This document shows positions 22,326 through 33,414 of a stretch of 64,000 bases of DNA, piece by piece. How positions within the stretch are numbered: position 1 is the first letter of the stretch; every line of letters starts with the position of its first letter. The stretch comes from Entomortierella parvispora E1425 (taxonomy: Eukaryota > Fungi > Mortierellomycota). The stretch covers positions 1,674,001 to 1,738,000 of the forward strand of contig BQFW01000005.1 in NCBI GenBank assembly GCA_020891255.1, read 5' to 3'. The position numbers and the translations under genes are program-made. Below the pieces are notes generated by a model. It saw only the letters and a list, made by a program, of their open reading frames with translations. It did no database searches and was not told where the DNA came from.

Positions 22326-25300
22326 CTATAGCTCCCTGGGAGTCGTCTTCTTGCTCCTTCCGTATGCCTTCCGCTTTTGATCCGCGTTACGCTTCATCTT
22401 CCACGTCCGATCATTTCCGTCCAGGCGACCATCGCCTCTGTTGCCTTCAATCGCAGGACTCTTTGCAGAATCATCCCATCTCAGAGCCTTTCCCTTGGCC
22501 GGACGGCGCTTTGGTAGATAACCATCGCCGCCACCTGCAAAGTACTCTTGGATCATTGGCGTGACAATCCCGGGGCTAGCCTCCAAATGTTTGGTCTCAT
22601 CTTCTCCTTCTCCAAGGACAAACGCTGAGGCTTGAAGTGCTGCAGCACCTCCCTTGGCGCCATACATTTTTCGACCGGCAGTCAAGCTGCTCTGGCTCAA
22701 ACTGACGAATCGAGTCTCATCCACGCTAAAGGTCTGGTCTTCCACCTCACCTTCCTCCAAGCTAGCGCCCTCTTCAATCTCGTGGGCTCCTCGAGCCAGA
22801 GCTGCAGTTGCAGCTGCAATGGCTCGGCCGGTCGAAATCACGGGTCCAGCTTCCTGAGCAACGGGCTTCCAGACCGCGCTATCGACATTGCGCCTACGAT
22901 AGGCCTGTACGCGCGACCATTGAACACGATCCAGCCTCATCTGATCCTGAATATCGTACCAGATCTGAATAGGAATTCTTACTGTCGTCAAATCATTGCT
23001 GTCTGGAGTGAGAGTCGCTGCAGGGGGGGTGATCGCTTTGGCCATGGTAGGCGCCAAAAACAGATCCATGACCGTTCTACGATCCTGAGTATCCTTCAAC
23101 ACCTGTTGGAGCTGACTTTTGTTCTCCATCTCAATCCTGAGCAGCTCTCTTGCTGCCTCCTCTCGCTCTCGCTTCTGCTGGCGTCGACGCATCTTGTAAG
23201 TCGTTCCCTTTGTCTTTGGTTGAAGCTCAACTCCATCCGCAGATCTGACAAGAATGTCCGACTCGTTATTTTCATCACACAGATAACTGTGGTCGATGTC
23301 AGGGTCCAAGTGACGATCAAAGGCATCGCTCTCTGTGGCCTCGACAACAATCGCCTGAGCATTCGGCAAGGATCTTTCGCAGAGTCGAATCAGATGATGG
23401 TAGGTGATTGCGTTCCTTGGGATGTCGGTATCCAGCATGTGCTGCCAGATCTTCCAGCCAGAGTCAAAGTCGCGTTGAACAGCAAATCCTTTCAGGAGGG
23501 TCGTCAGGATGACGCCGTTAGGCTCGACGTTCTTGAAGATCATTTCCTGGTAGATCATCTCGGCCAGGTCCATCTTTCCATCTCGCGCGGCCATGTTCAA
23601 GAGAACTCCAAAGATATGCTGATTCGGCTTGAGGCCCTGGAAACACAGCTGGTCGTACAAGGCGCAGGCAAAATTGAGGCCCATGTTGTCTTCGGTTCTG
23701 GCATGGACAGGAAATCGCAAGACAGGTCGCGATCCGAGCGCCGCGTTATCCCGAACAACAGCTCGTCCCAACTTGTTTCGAGGATCCTTGTTCACCAACT
23801 CAAAAAGTGTGGAGTAGGTGTGCAAGTTTGGTCGGATCGACAACTCCATCATCTCCTGGTATAAGCTCCAGCCTAGATCTACGCGCTTCTCATCAACAGC
23901 ACCTTGGAGCAACGTAGAGTAAGTGACCACATCCGGGAGAGCCTTGCCATGAGGCATTGTCTTCATATATTTCAAGACCTGCAATGCGTCCGGAGTATGT
24001 CGGGAGCGAATCAAAGAGTCGATTAGGATGTTAAAGGAAATGGTGTTGGGCCAAAGACCTTTCTTTCCAAACTCCTGGAACGTCTTTGCAAACTTGATCG
24101 TGTTGTTCGAGTCCAAGCATTCTTTGAGTCGGTGGTTGATGGCAATGACTCGGTTCAGACTCTCTAGTCGCAGCGGGTTTTCCTCGGCTTGTTCACTTGA
24201 GATCGCAGCGACCTGATCCTTCCATGCCACAAACGTACTTTGGAACAACTTAGAAGCCCTTTTATGAACTGGAGAGACATCGCCGTTCTGTAGCCGAGCC
24301 AGGTGACTCATAACGTTCTTGCTTTCGCGGTCCAATTCCAAATCTTGACGCTCAAGTAACTGCCTGCGAACCTCACTCGCTCGATCCAACTCGCCAGCTC
24401 GAATAAAATTGGCCATCAAGGACGTGTAAATCGGAAGCGTTGGAGCATGGCCAGCCGCATGCATCATCCTTAGCATGCGACCAAGTTTGCGTAAATCCAT
24501 CTGTCGGCCATATCCCTCCAACATTGAACCAAAAATGACGATTGATGGTTGAACGCCTTTGCGTCTCATTCCATGAAAGACTTCCTGTGCATGATCCATG
24601 CGCCCCTGTCGCACGAGGCCCTGAATCAGCTGTCGGTACATTCCCAGGCTAGGTGTTGAAGACGTGTTGAGACCCTCAGGCTGAGAGTGATCCATATAGT
24701 GGTGAAACGCCAGTTCGACCTCCTGGTATTGGTTGGCTCGTAGACAAACATTCATAAACTTTTCGTACTCGGCTTCACTTGGTATTGTGCCAGTTTCGCG
24801 AGAGATTGCCACTTGCATTCGGAATCGCCTTGATTGAACGCGCCAGTCATCCTTGCCGGTACCCATCTCTGAGAAGCTTGAAGAGTCTTCCGAGATGCAA
24901 GACTGAAGTCTCCAGAGACTTTGCCCTTCAGCCAGGCGAAGAAGATCACAGCTCTGGATCTGACTGAAAAACGCATCGGTCCAGTGGCTGGCAGTGGACG
25001 GAGAAAGACTCATGATGACAGCATCCAAACCTGTACCGACTACGTCTTGCTGGTTCGCATTGGCTTCCACAAAATCTCTGGGGAGGCCAAGGTTCATGAG
25101 TACGGATTTACCGATATCCTGCAGCTCTGTCTCCAGTTCTGATCCAGTAAGCACTTCTGGGCGACTCTTCATTTTCTCGATCAAGACATCCGCTGATGGT
25201 ACCTGAAATGATGCCTTCTCTAAATCGGAAGGATCTGCCTTCAATGAGAGTCCTGGACCAACCTCAGTGCTTGAAAGAAAGGTACTTGAGGCTGCTTCTA

Positions 25301-26033
25301 TCCGCTCGTCCATAAGCTGCCCATGGGTTCTAAAGACGTCGTCGTCTATTGATACAGCAGGCTCTGCACTGTAGTCCGCGCGTGCTCCCATACGCAAGAG
25401 TTCTGGACGGTGGGTGGGTGTCAGCGGTAGAGAATTGATTGTCCAAAAGTTGAGGGTGGAAGAAAGATCGTCTCGGTCTATTCCATCCTGTTGGTTCGTT
25501 ACACTCCGGAATCGGCGACCTTTCTTGGACTGTTGCAAGTTTATGAAGGGATCAAAATCACTCATAGCCTCGGAGTGTAGAGGTGCCTCGGCTTCCTCGA
25601 TGAGTCTATAGCTAGGCGAAACAGCCGCACCGAGGCAGTCCTTCCGTGGTCCGACCATGGGCTTCCAACCTCCATTGACGCCTGATTCCCGGGTGAACAA
25701 AGGGGCGTGTCGAGTGCCATGAGGTTGTGGTTGGTGGTGATGTAGCCGAGATTTCGTTGCTGGCGGGAAAAGGTGAGGATTAAGAGTCATTCTGTGGAAT
25801 GAACGGATCCAATGGCGCGTCCTCTTTGGATCCATGAACACGGTCGAAGTGGTGCCTGAATCATGTCGGGATCGAGGAGATCTGGAGACGGGAATGACCG
25901 CTGGGATAGAGGCATTGGCGGAAGTTGAGTATGGCCTGATCAGGTGGCACCCCAGACTCGTACAGGGCGATGAGGACGACGAGGCTCCTCGCTTGACCAG
26001 GTGAATGGTCGAGGACATGTCAAAGTGCAGCAA
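22326..26033 (-). CDS. Pentatricopeptide-repeat (PPR) protein, probably mitochondrial
   Basis: 1235-aa ORF with repeated PPR motifs (PSIVIFGSMLEGYG, PTLPIYTSLMANF, PNTISFNILIDSL, PDVVTYSTLLQG, PNLHTYSTLF, RNAITYHHLI) and a basic Ser/Arg-rich N-terminus. Confidence 0.9.
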   Translation of the reverse strand: MLHFDMSSTIHLVKRGASSSSSPCTSLGCHLIRPYSTSANASIPAVIPVSRSPRSRHDSGTTSTVFMDPKRTRHWIRSFHRMTLNPHLFPPATKSRLHHHQPQPHGTRHAPLFTRESGVNGGWKPMVGPRKDCLGAAVSPSYRLIEEAEAPLHSEAMSDFDPFINLQQSKKGRRFRSVTNQQDGIDRDDLSSTLNFWTINSLPLTPTHRPELLRMGARADYSAEPAVSIDDDVFRTHGQLMDERIEAASSTFLSSTEVGPGLSLKADPSDLEKASFQVPSADVLIEKMKSRPEVLTGSELETELQDIGKSVLMNLGLPRDFVEANANQQDVVGTGLDAVIMSLSPSTASHWTDAFFSQIQSCDLLRLAEGQSLWRLQSCISEDSSSFSEMGTGKDDWRVQSRRFRMQVAISRETGTIPSEAEYEKFMNVCLRANQYQEVELAFHHYMDHSQPEGLNTSSTPSLGMYRQLIQGLVRQGRMDHAQEVFHGMRRKGVQPSIVIFGSMLEGYGRQMDLRKLGRMLRMMHAAGHAPTLPIYTSLMANFIRAGELDRASEVRRQLLERQDLELDRESKNVMSHLARLQNGDVSPVHKRASKLFQSTFVAWKDQVAAISSEQAEENPLRLESLNRVIAINHRLKECLDSNNTIKFAKTFQEFGKKGLWPNTISFNILIDSLIRSRHTPDALQVLKYMKTMPHGKALPDVVTYSTLLQGAVDEKRVDLGWSLYQEMMELSIRPNLHTYSTLFELVNKDPRNKLGRAVVRDNAALGSRPVLRFPVHARTEDNMGLNFACALYDQLCFQGLKPNQHIFGVLLNMAARDGKMDLAEMIYQEMIFKNVEPNGVILTTLLKGFAVQRDFDSGWKIWQHMLDTDIPRNAITYHHLIRLCERSLPNAQAIVVEATESDAFDRHLDPDIDHSYLCDENNESDILVRSADGVELQPKTKGTTYKMRRRQQKREREEAARELLRIEMENKSQLQQVLKDTQDRRTVMDLFLAPTMAKAITPPAATLTPDSNDLTTVRIPIQIWYDIQDQMRLDRVQWSRVQAYRRRNVDSAVWKPVAQEAGPVISTGRAIAAATAALARGAHEIEEGASLEEGEVEDQTFSVDETRFVSLSQSSLTAGRKMYGAKGGAAALQASAFVLGEGEDETKHLEASPGIVTPMIQEYFAGGGDGYLPKRRPAKGKALRWDDSAKSPAIEGNRGDGRLDGNDRTWKMKRNADQKRKAYGRSKKTTPREL

Positions 26034-26433
26034 TGGTTTCGGCCCTCGGCAATCCTAAAGGAGACACACAAAACACGTTTGTTCAGCCAGAGTCCTCGAT
26101 AAAGCATTGAAGGGTGCAAAATAATGAGCTGAACCTACAATAAGCACTCGGGTTATGCTGTAGATGGTTGAGAGAGATGAGAGAAGCGGGCTATAGGAAG
26201 GGGAGGATTGAGGATGCAGTGAATGAAACGTAGGAAAGGCAAAGGAGATTGTGAATGCTGCATGGACAGTGTTCAGGAACGACTGAACTCGGTTTGTTTG
26301 AACAAGTGGGCCAGTCACTTTTGGTCACGTGTACTTTTTTGCTTTATTTCGTTAGGTGAATCATTGCATGCATGGGAGGTGGGGTCGTATCTTGGAAGGG
26401 TATCCCGCTCCTATCTCGATCGATCCTGCTCAA

Positions 26434-27003
26434 CTAGGCAGTCCGGCCTTGTCGGCGACGGCCTAGAGGCTGGTTCGTGCTAAAGGTACCCCCAGAACCA
26501 GAACCTCCTGGAGGAGGCGTTATATCACGTTTCTTGAGTTTGGAACCGACATCTTGCCCTGACTTGCCCTCTACCGCCAATGCATGTGAAAAGAGGAAGG
26601 GGTCGAGCTCCAGAACCGGTTCTCTGTTGTTATTCAGAATGGAGGCTTCTACATCCCTCGACAGTTGTCGCTTTGACTTCCTTTGGTTCCTTGTCGCTGA
26701 CTTTGAAGAGGATAGAGACACAGAACCGGTGGAGCCCATGATAGCGTGCACAAGGTCATGATGGTTTCCGTCGTTGCCTGTCAACTCTACGTTTTGATTC
26801 AAAAATGGATTCCGGACGACCGAAGCTGCTGCACCCGAGGAAGACACCCCCCTACGCTCTGAGCGGGGTCTAGGGAGTGCTTCTGCTGTGAAAACTGTTG
26901 TGGACGAGATGGACGATGACAGGAAGGTGGCGACGTTGAAGAGTAGAAACGAGACAGCAAGGCTGCGGCGAATAGTAGAAAGACCCTTATATGACCCTGC
27001 CAT
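26434..27003 (-). CDS. Hypothetical secreted protein with dibasic sites
   Basis: ATG at 27003 in good context; hydrophobic segment LAVSFLLFNVATFLSSSI; KR sites (KSKRQ, LKKRD). The 3' end may be spliced. Confidence 0.45.
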   Translation of the reverse strand: MAGSYKGLSTIRRSLAVSFLLFNVATFLSSSISSTTVFTAEALPRPRSERRGVSSSGAAASVVRNPFLNQNVELTGNDGNHHDLVHAIMGSTGSVSLSSSKSATRNQRKSKRQLSRDVEASILNNNREPVLELDPFLFSHALAVEGKSGQDVGSKLKKRDITPPPGGSGSGGTFSTNQPLGRRRQGRTA

Positions 27004-28023
27004 GATATTTTTTTGGAATATGTGTGTGTGTTGTCTGAATGTGGAGAGAGTGACAAATATGTACGGAGAGAGCGAAAGAGCAATGAATTCGTACCTACAA
27101 GGCAAGGGCGAGTGGCGGAGAAAAAAAATGACAAAGAGATGAGGAAAAAGATTATTAAAGGTGGTCTGTGGCAAGATATTTATGAGAACGGAACGGGGTG
27201 ATTACTCTTTGCTGCTATAGTCTCGGCCACACACACCCGCCTAGTCTGTGATTCCAGGAGTCAACTCCAAACACGGCTAATACAACCACGCACCTCCCAA
27301 CCGTCTGAGCAGCTCTTTCGATTGATTACGCCTCTTTTCCTTTGATCCAAAGGACAGGTCAAATCGCGACCGGGCAGGCGACAACTAACGTGACATGTCC
27401 ATGTCCTTGAAAGAATTAACCTAGGGCGCCAACATGGCAGAAAGGGTTGCTATTTTATTATTAGACAAGGGGAGGGGGTTGCAAAGATGGTCGCAAAGTT
27501 CTGGGGGTTGGGCTCACCTCATCTGCCGTACGACGACACTTGAGAATCATCTTTCTACGCATATGGCGCATAGGCACAGGGACCAGGAGAATGGCCGTGG
27601 AGTACTCGAGACAGGGCAGGGGCCAGGGGCCAGGGGGGAAATGTTGGGTGGGTGATAGTAGCTCCTTTTTTTCAGTTAAAAACGATGCAGGTGGTGAACA
27701 TGGCGCAAGCCAGGGGCAGGCACGCGGCCAAAGCGCCTCCGAATCGCTGCTTTTTTCCCGCTCGCTTGGATGATAATAAAACTTCAACAGCCATTTGGAT
27801 ACAAGTCTTTTGTGCCAATGGGAGGCATCCTGTCAAGCATTCCAGCTCTCCCCTTGTTTCGTGTTCTGGTGTGTCTGCAGTTGTATTGCAGTTCCTGCCA
27901 ACAACGCGTCTGGCAACCTTGCCACAACAGTCACGCCCACTGATCACGTGCTCGCACTGATGCTGATGCTCGAAGGTCATGCTTTCAACATTGGCATCAA
28001 GTGCCAAAACCATCACAATTAAC

Positions 28024-30178
28024 ATGGATCCCATGAACCGAGGACATCGCCAAGGATCCGATAAGGAAATGTCCTTTGATGTAAACCGTCATTCTCCTCA
28101 GCCAAGGCAGAACGATGAAAACGAAGTAGTCCAGCCCACTCCATCGGACCGCGCCGCACCTCGCGAGAGTCACCGATACTACCGCGACATGTTGGCCACC
28201 AGAGCCACCAGGAGGAGCACGGATACACTAGATGTTTATACGAGTTATGTCAGTTGGATATTTAGAAACGACGGCCATATCTCAGGGAGACCCTACCTTG
28301 TACAGATACTCAAAGATGCAGTCGACAGATTTGATGGAGTCGATCGATTCAAGAATGACCCTCGCTACGTTCGACTCTACTTGTCTTATGGAAACTACTA
28401 TGGAGGCAGCTACCACGATATCCTGAAGAAGATGGAATCTCTGGGTGTCGGGACCGAAATTGCCTTCTTTTATGAAGCGTTTGCAAGGTGCCAGGTCCTT
28501 TCTGCAGAGTATGTTGATTCAAAATGTTGGTTTTTTTTTTATTTATCAAGATGAGAAAGTTGAGTGCCACCACGCAGTACAGAGTTCTCACCCAACCCAC
28601 CTGTGAATGATATCTGACGATAGGTTCGATAACGCCCGGGAAACACTGCTCCGTGGATTGAGACGGAAGGCAAAGCCGATAAAGCACATGGAGAAATTTT
28701 ACGAGGAATTTGAGGTCACCATGAAAGAATACCTGCATACGAGGGCACGTAAGAATGAAGCTACCGTCGAGTCTGGAGGGCATGGCGAGGCGTCAACAGG
28801 GGCGAGGCGACCCAAACAGCATACGCAGGGACTCTTGCAAAGCCGCACCAATAGGAACGTATCGCAGTCGAGTGGAGCAGGAAGTTCTAGACTGGGATCA
28901 TTGCTGTCATCGAGCTCTCGGGATCAGAACCAAGGGAGAACTCAGCTAGCAAACAAGGAAAACGGCTCAGGGAAAGCTTCAAAACCAGAAGCAAAAAGCT
29001 GTAGCGCCATCCCGCCTACACTCTCGGAACAACTACAGGCTGTTGCGGATTGGGAGTCGAGGTTCCCGGTCAAGCAGGAAGGAGACAAGTGGACAAGGTC
29101 ACTATTTGACTTTAACGAAATCTATCAAGGAGGCCAAGAATTTCAAATCGAGGAAATAAGGGCCAGACAACCAAAATACTCGGTCCCGCCATCAAGATCA
29201 AACCACAGAAAAGGTCGATTGTCAACAGGACAGGAAAAGATATCGGGGGGTTTCGAAGAATCAGCAAATCCAAGCGATAGTCATAACAGTCGTGATAAAG
29301 GGAAAGGAAAGGCAGTGGTATCCTCTATATCAGACAGGGAATCCTGGCAACCCGAGATACCCGAGAATCCGACAGAGGGATATTCCAGGGAAGACAAGTA
29401 CAACGGCATTGACTCGGATGAAGAGGACGTGGTCACAAGCAGTGAGCCAACGATACATACTGCATTTGCGGCAGATCGAATGAACAAACTATTTAGTCAC
29501 GACACGAACCTGTCTGCTGAGCAGATTTTTGGCACATCGTGGGGAGAGGACGAAACCGAGGACCTTGGAAGGGATGAGCTGGACAACTTTACGATGGCAT
29601 ACTCGATCCCTACAAAGGCACTTGCAAACACGGCAGAATACTCGATCCCAAGTCTCGGGTTCTCCAATGCGGCCGAGTTGGATGGTCCACCAGAGCAGGT
29701 TGGTTCTGACGATGAAGTTGACTTGACATCTATCACCCTGGCCATCCAGGCTATGAAGCGCAAGAGTTTGGACCGCGGATCGCAGGATTACCAAGACAGA
29801 TCTGGAAAAATGAGGTCGAGAATGGAACGAGAAATGGAGAGGCAGAGATTTGAAGCAGATACTGGCCCATCAGACATTACGCTGGACCTCCGCCATCAAC
29901 GGCAGCTTTTACAAGAACGGCAGAGATTTGAGGCAGAAGCTGGTCCATCAGATATTACGCTCGACCTCCGTCACCAGCGGCAGCTTTTGCAGGAACGAAA
30001 TCAAGAACACCCTGATGTTAACCCCGGAAACCAAGAGGGCTTGTCTGCATCTTCTTCAACACCGCGTGGGATCTTTCAAGATGATGTTGGCAGCTCAGCT
30101 TTGGATCTGAACGTATCTATGTTAGAGGATGAAGCCCCTCCGCCAGCACTACACACCCAAGATGATACCCTATGGTAG
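28024..30178 (+). CDS. Mad3/Bub1-family spindle-checkpoint protein without kinase domain (intron 28509-28623)
   Basis: TPR region DTLDVYTSYVSWI…FKNDPRYVRLYLSY…VGTEIAFFYEAFA…ARETLLRGLRRKAKP, an NKEN motif, GLEBS-like EFQIEEIRAR and EPTIHTAFAADRMNKLF; stop at 30178. Confidence 0.75.
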
Positions 30179-30897
30179 CGCAAAGGAGTCAGCTTCGAGC
30201 GTCTCGACTACACCCCTCTCTATCTTTCAATAAATTACAATCAAATGATCATGTTGCAAAAGTGTGGCCTTACCAACAGCTCCGACTTTTGCTTTTAAAC
30301 CCGTTGAGAGCCCAAAACATGTTTGTTTTTGACAAGGCAGATCATGAAGCAGCTGTTCTATCGTTTAGGTTACACACTGACATGGCATCAAAACATCTTC
30401 AAGGATTTTTGGACAGACATACATTATTGCCAACTGGTCCCTTCCCATGGCCCAACATTAGCAAGGAAGAGAGTCGGGGCAAACAGCCGTCTGCCTGCGC
30501 GATAAAAACAATCGCGTTTGTTATTTTATTTTTCTTTTCCTTTCTTTTCCTTTCTTTTTTTTTAGGACTCTTTCGTCGCAGCCCAAAGACCGATTGGGTT
30601 TGAAATGGGTCCAGTAACCTCATGTCCGCCCTTCATTCATTCCTTCACCTCGCCTGCGATCTCCGACTGCTATTCTGTGTGGAAGGAACAAGGAAGCATG
30701 GACGGGCGACCCTTTTGACCATCTGTCTGTCCTGCCATATTTCGCTCCTTGTTTCCACTCTTCTCCGACCCTTCTTTGCCCATCTCTCCTTCTTCCTCTA
30801 CTGAGCCGACCCTTGTTTGTCGCAACGGCTCGATCTCTGCACCGAGTTCTAGCCACAGCAGAGTGATCCTCTTTCCCTCCCGCCCCCCACCATCACC

Positions 30898-32064
30898 ATG
30901 GCCACAGCCGACTCGTCCACCTCTGCCACACTCTCGGTGTCACAGAGTCGACTCCAGCGCTTCCTGGGCTATGCCCAGCTAGACCTCTCTCGCCCCATCA
31001 GCTCAAACATCGTCTCTGCACATACCCTCTTCTTTATCCGCCTGGTGATCACTCTGCACCTGGTGGCGGTCTTTATCGCCACCCTCTATGTCTCTGCCAG
31101 GGACAATGTCTTTTACATGGTCCCCACGACCTTTACCAACCTCAGCAACATGGGCTTGACAGCCTATTACCTGGTAGGCTCCTTCTGTCCTCGCTCTTGA
31201 TCGGGGGCAAGCCGGTTAACGTAACGGTGGAAATATCTAACTCGCCTCGCCCTGGTGACACCACGCACACATCCGTAGACAGCAACCTATCATTCTTTCC
31301 GGTTCTACCAGCACAAGGACCTGTGCTCGCTCACGGATCAGCATTGGTTCCTGACCTGCGCTCTCTGGCTGCTGTATGCCTCTGTCGTGGTGTTTCACAT
31401 TGTGGTCCCAGCCATCTACTGGGGCATGCTGTTCGATCCCAACAACACCATGGACACCTTGAACAAATACGTCGACTTTTCGCACCACGGAGCCGACCTT
31501 GGCTGCATTCTTTTCGAGATGATCTTTAACCGAATGGATCTCCCTTGGGTTTGTTTGCTGGGGCCGATCACCATGATTATCCTCTACATGTTCCTGGCTT
31601 GGGTGTACTTTGCTGCGTATGTACCAGTGTTTGATGATCTTTTTTGATACCTGTCCATGCGATGCAATGCAATGCACTGCGAAGTAATCCCAGAGACAGC
31701 TTTACGTTGCAACGATGCTAACTCCACTGCTCTTGTTTCTCTCTCCTCTTGCTCGCTCGCTCACTCTTTCCAACATTCCTTCAATGATCTCTTTTTGCAT
31801 CCATGGAACAACAGTCGGGGAGAGTGGCTGTATGGCTTCTTGGACTGGAGCTCATCGCTTGCAGCTGCGTGGTACATTGGGTTGTTGGTGGCGTTTGCAA
31901 TTTTGTTTGTGCTCCAAAAGTACATCCACCTTGGACGAGACAAGGCGCTGACCACGCGGAGATCGGTCGTTGCTGCGGCGGATGGCACGGCGGCCCTGGA
32001 GGGTCCTCACCGGGACTCGCACGACTCATCGGCAGAGAGCGATATCGAGAAGCAGAAAACCTAA
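30898..32064 (+). CDS. FAR-17a/AIG1-like (rolling-stone-like) multi-pass membrane protein, 3 exons
   Basis: Motifs TFTNLSNMGLTAYY, HIVVPAIYWGML, SHHGADL…FEMIF and GEWLYGFLDW. Confidence 0.7.
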
Positions 32065-32215
32065 AGAGCCACATTTTGGTGGCAAATAAAACGGGCAGCT
32101 TGGGAGAAAGAGATTCTTCATTCATTCTCATTCTTGCATTCACTTCTTGACAAACACCCATTGTTCGCAACTGATTGGGACGTCCTCTTCATCCTTTGAC
32201 ATTCATCCCTGCATC

Positions 32216-32954
32216 ATGACCCCCACAACTGCCAAGAACCTTGATGACTTTGTGATTCGCAAGGTACATGAATATTATTTTTTTTTTTTGGCTAGACTGT
32301 TCTCTGTGGTTTCTTTTTTGTCCGAAAGAACCGCAGTGACCAACTGACATTCTTTTTGCTTTTGTTTTGTAGGCCAGACCAGACGAGGCCGAAACGGTAA
32401 TCGAGATGCTAGAGTTGACATCGAGGACTCTTCTCGAGAACAATATCATCCAATGGCCCGTGGGAATGTTCACGAGTCCCGAGGGTCGACAGCAGATCCA
32501 TGACGGGACCGCAGCGGGACGTTACTTCATGGTGGACTACCGGTCTTGTACCTCCTGCTCTGTTTCGGAGGAACCAGCAGGACAAGGGGCCGAGATTGCC
32601 GGTCTTTTTCTCTTGAATGACGAGGACCCGTTTGATGCTTTGCTTTGGAAAGGATTTGCGGAGGATTGGCTGGATGCGTTGTATCTCCATCGACTGTTGG
32701 TCAAGGAGCCCTTCCAGGGTTGTGGACTGACAGGAAAAGTCATGGCGTTTGCAGAGGACAGGGTGCGACAGATGGGGCGTCACTTTTTGCGACTGGATTG
32801 TCTAGCTGGGAATCTGCCCTTGAGGAGGTTCTATAAAGAAAAGTGCCGAGGCAAGGGCAAAGGAGGCATGAACGAGCTGACGACAGTGTGGAATCCGGAG
32901 CTGGAGCTCGAGTTTGCTCGTTATGAACTGCGTGTGGCTGCAGAAGGGGCATAA
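32216..32954 (+). CDS. GNAT N-acetyltransferase (intron 32264-32372)
   Basis: IRK|ARPDEAETV…QW…LYLHRLLVKEPFQGCGLTGKVMAFAE…LRLDCLAGNLPLRRFY carries GNAT motifs A and B. Confidence 0.85.
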
Positions 32955-33414
32955 AAAAAAATGAGCAGCAGAAGCAGGGCAAGCTGGACCACAACGCGAC
33001 ACGATAGGCAGACAGGACAGGCCAGACAGCGGTGACCCTTTCCTTTGCTGGTCACCGTGCGCGTCCTTGGGTGCATGGGGACAGGAGGGGCAATGTGGGA
33101 TGGGATGGTGGATGATATGATTATGATGTGATTGTCTCTCTTGCCTTCCTTCCTGCCTTCCTTCCTTTCTTCCATTCCATCTTTCCTTCTTTCCCTTCTT
33201 TCTTCTTTCTCTCTTTCTTTCTTTCTTTCTTCATTCATTCATTCATACATTCTCATTCAACTGTACCCCCATCCTTCTTTCGTACATTGACTAGTGTCAT
33301 TCACGCAACGTGTCCGACCTGCCTTTGCTGCTGTCCTGTCATTCTCCTCTTTATATATATATTCTTTTTTATTCCTCTCATGAAAGTCTGAACGTCGTCG
33401 TCTTCTGAACTATA

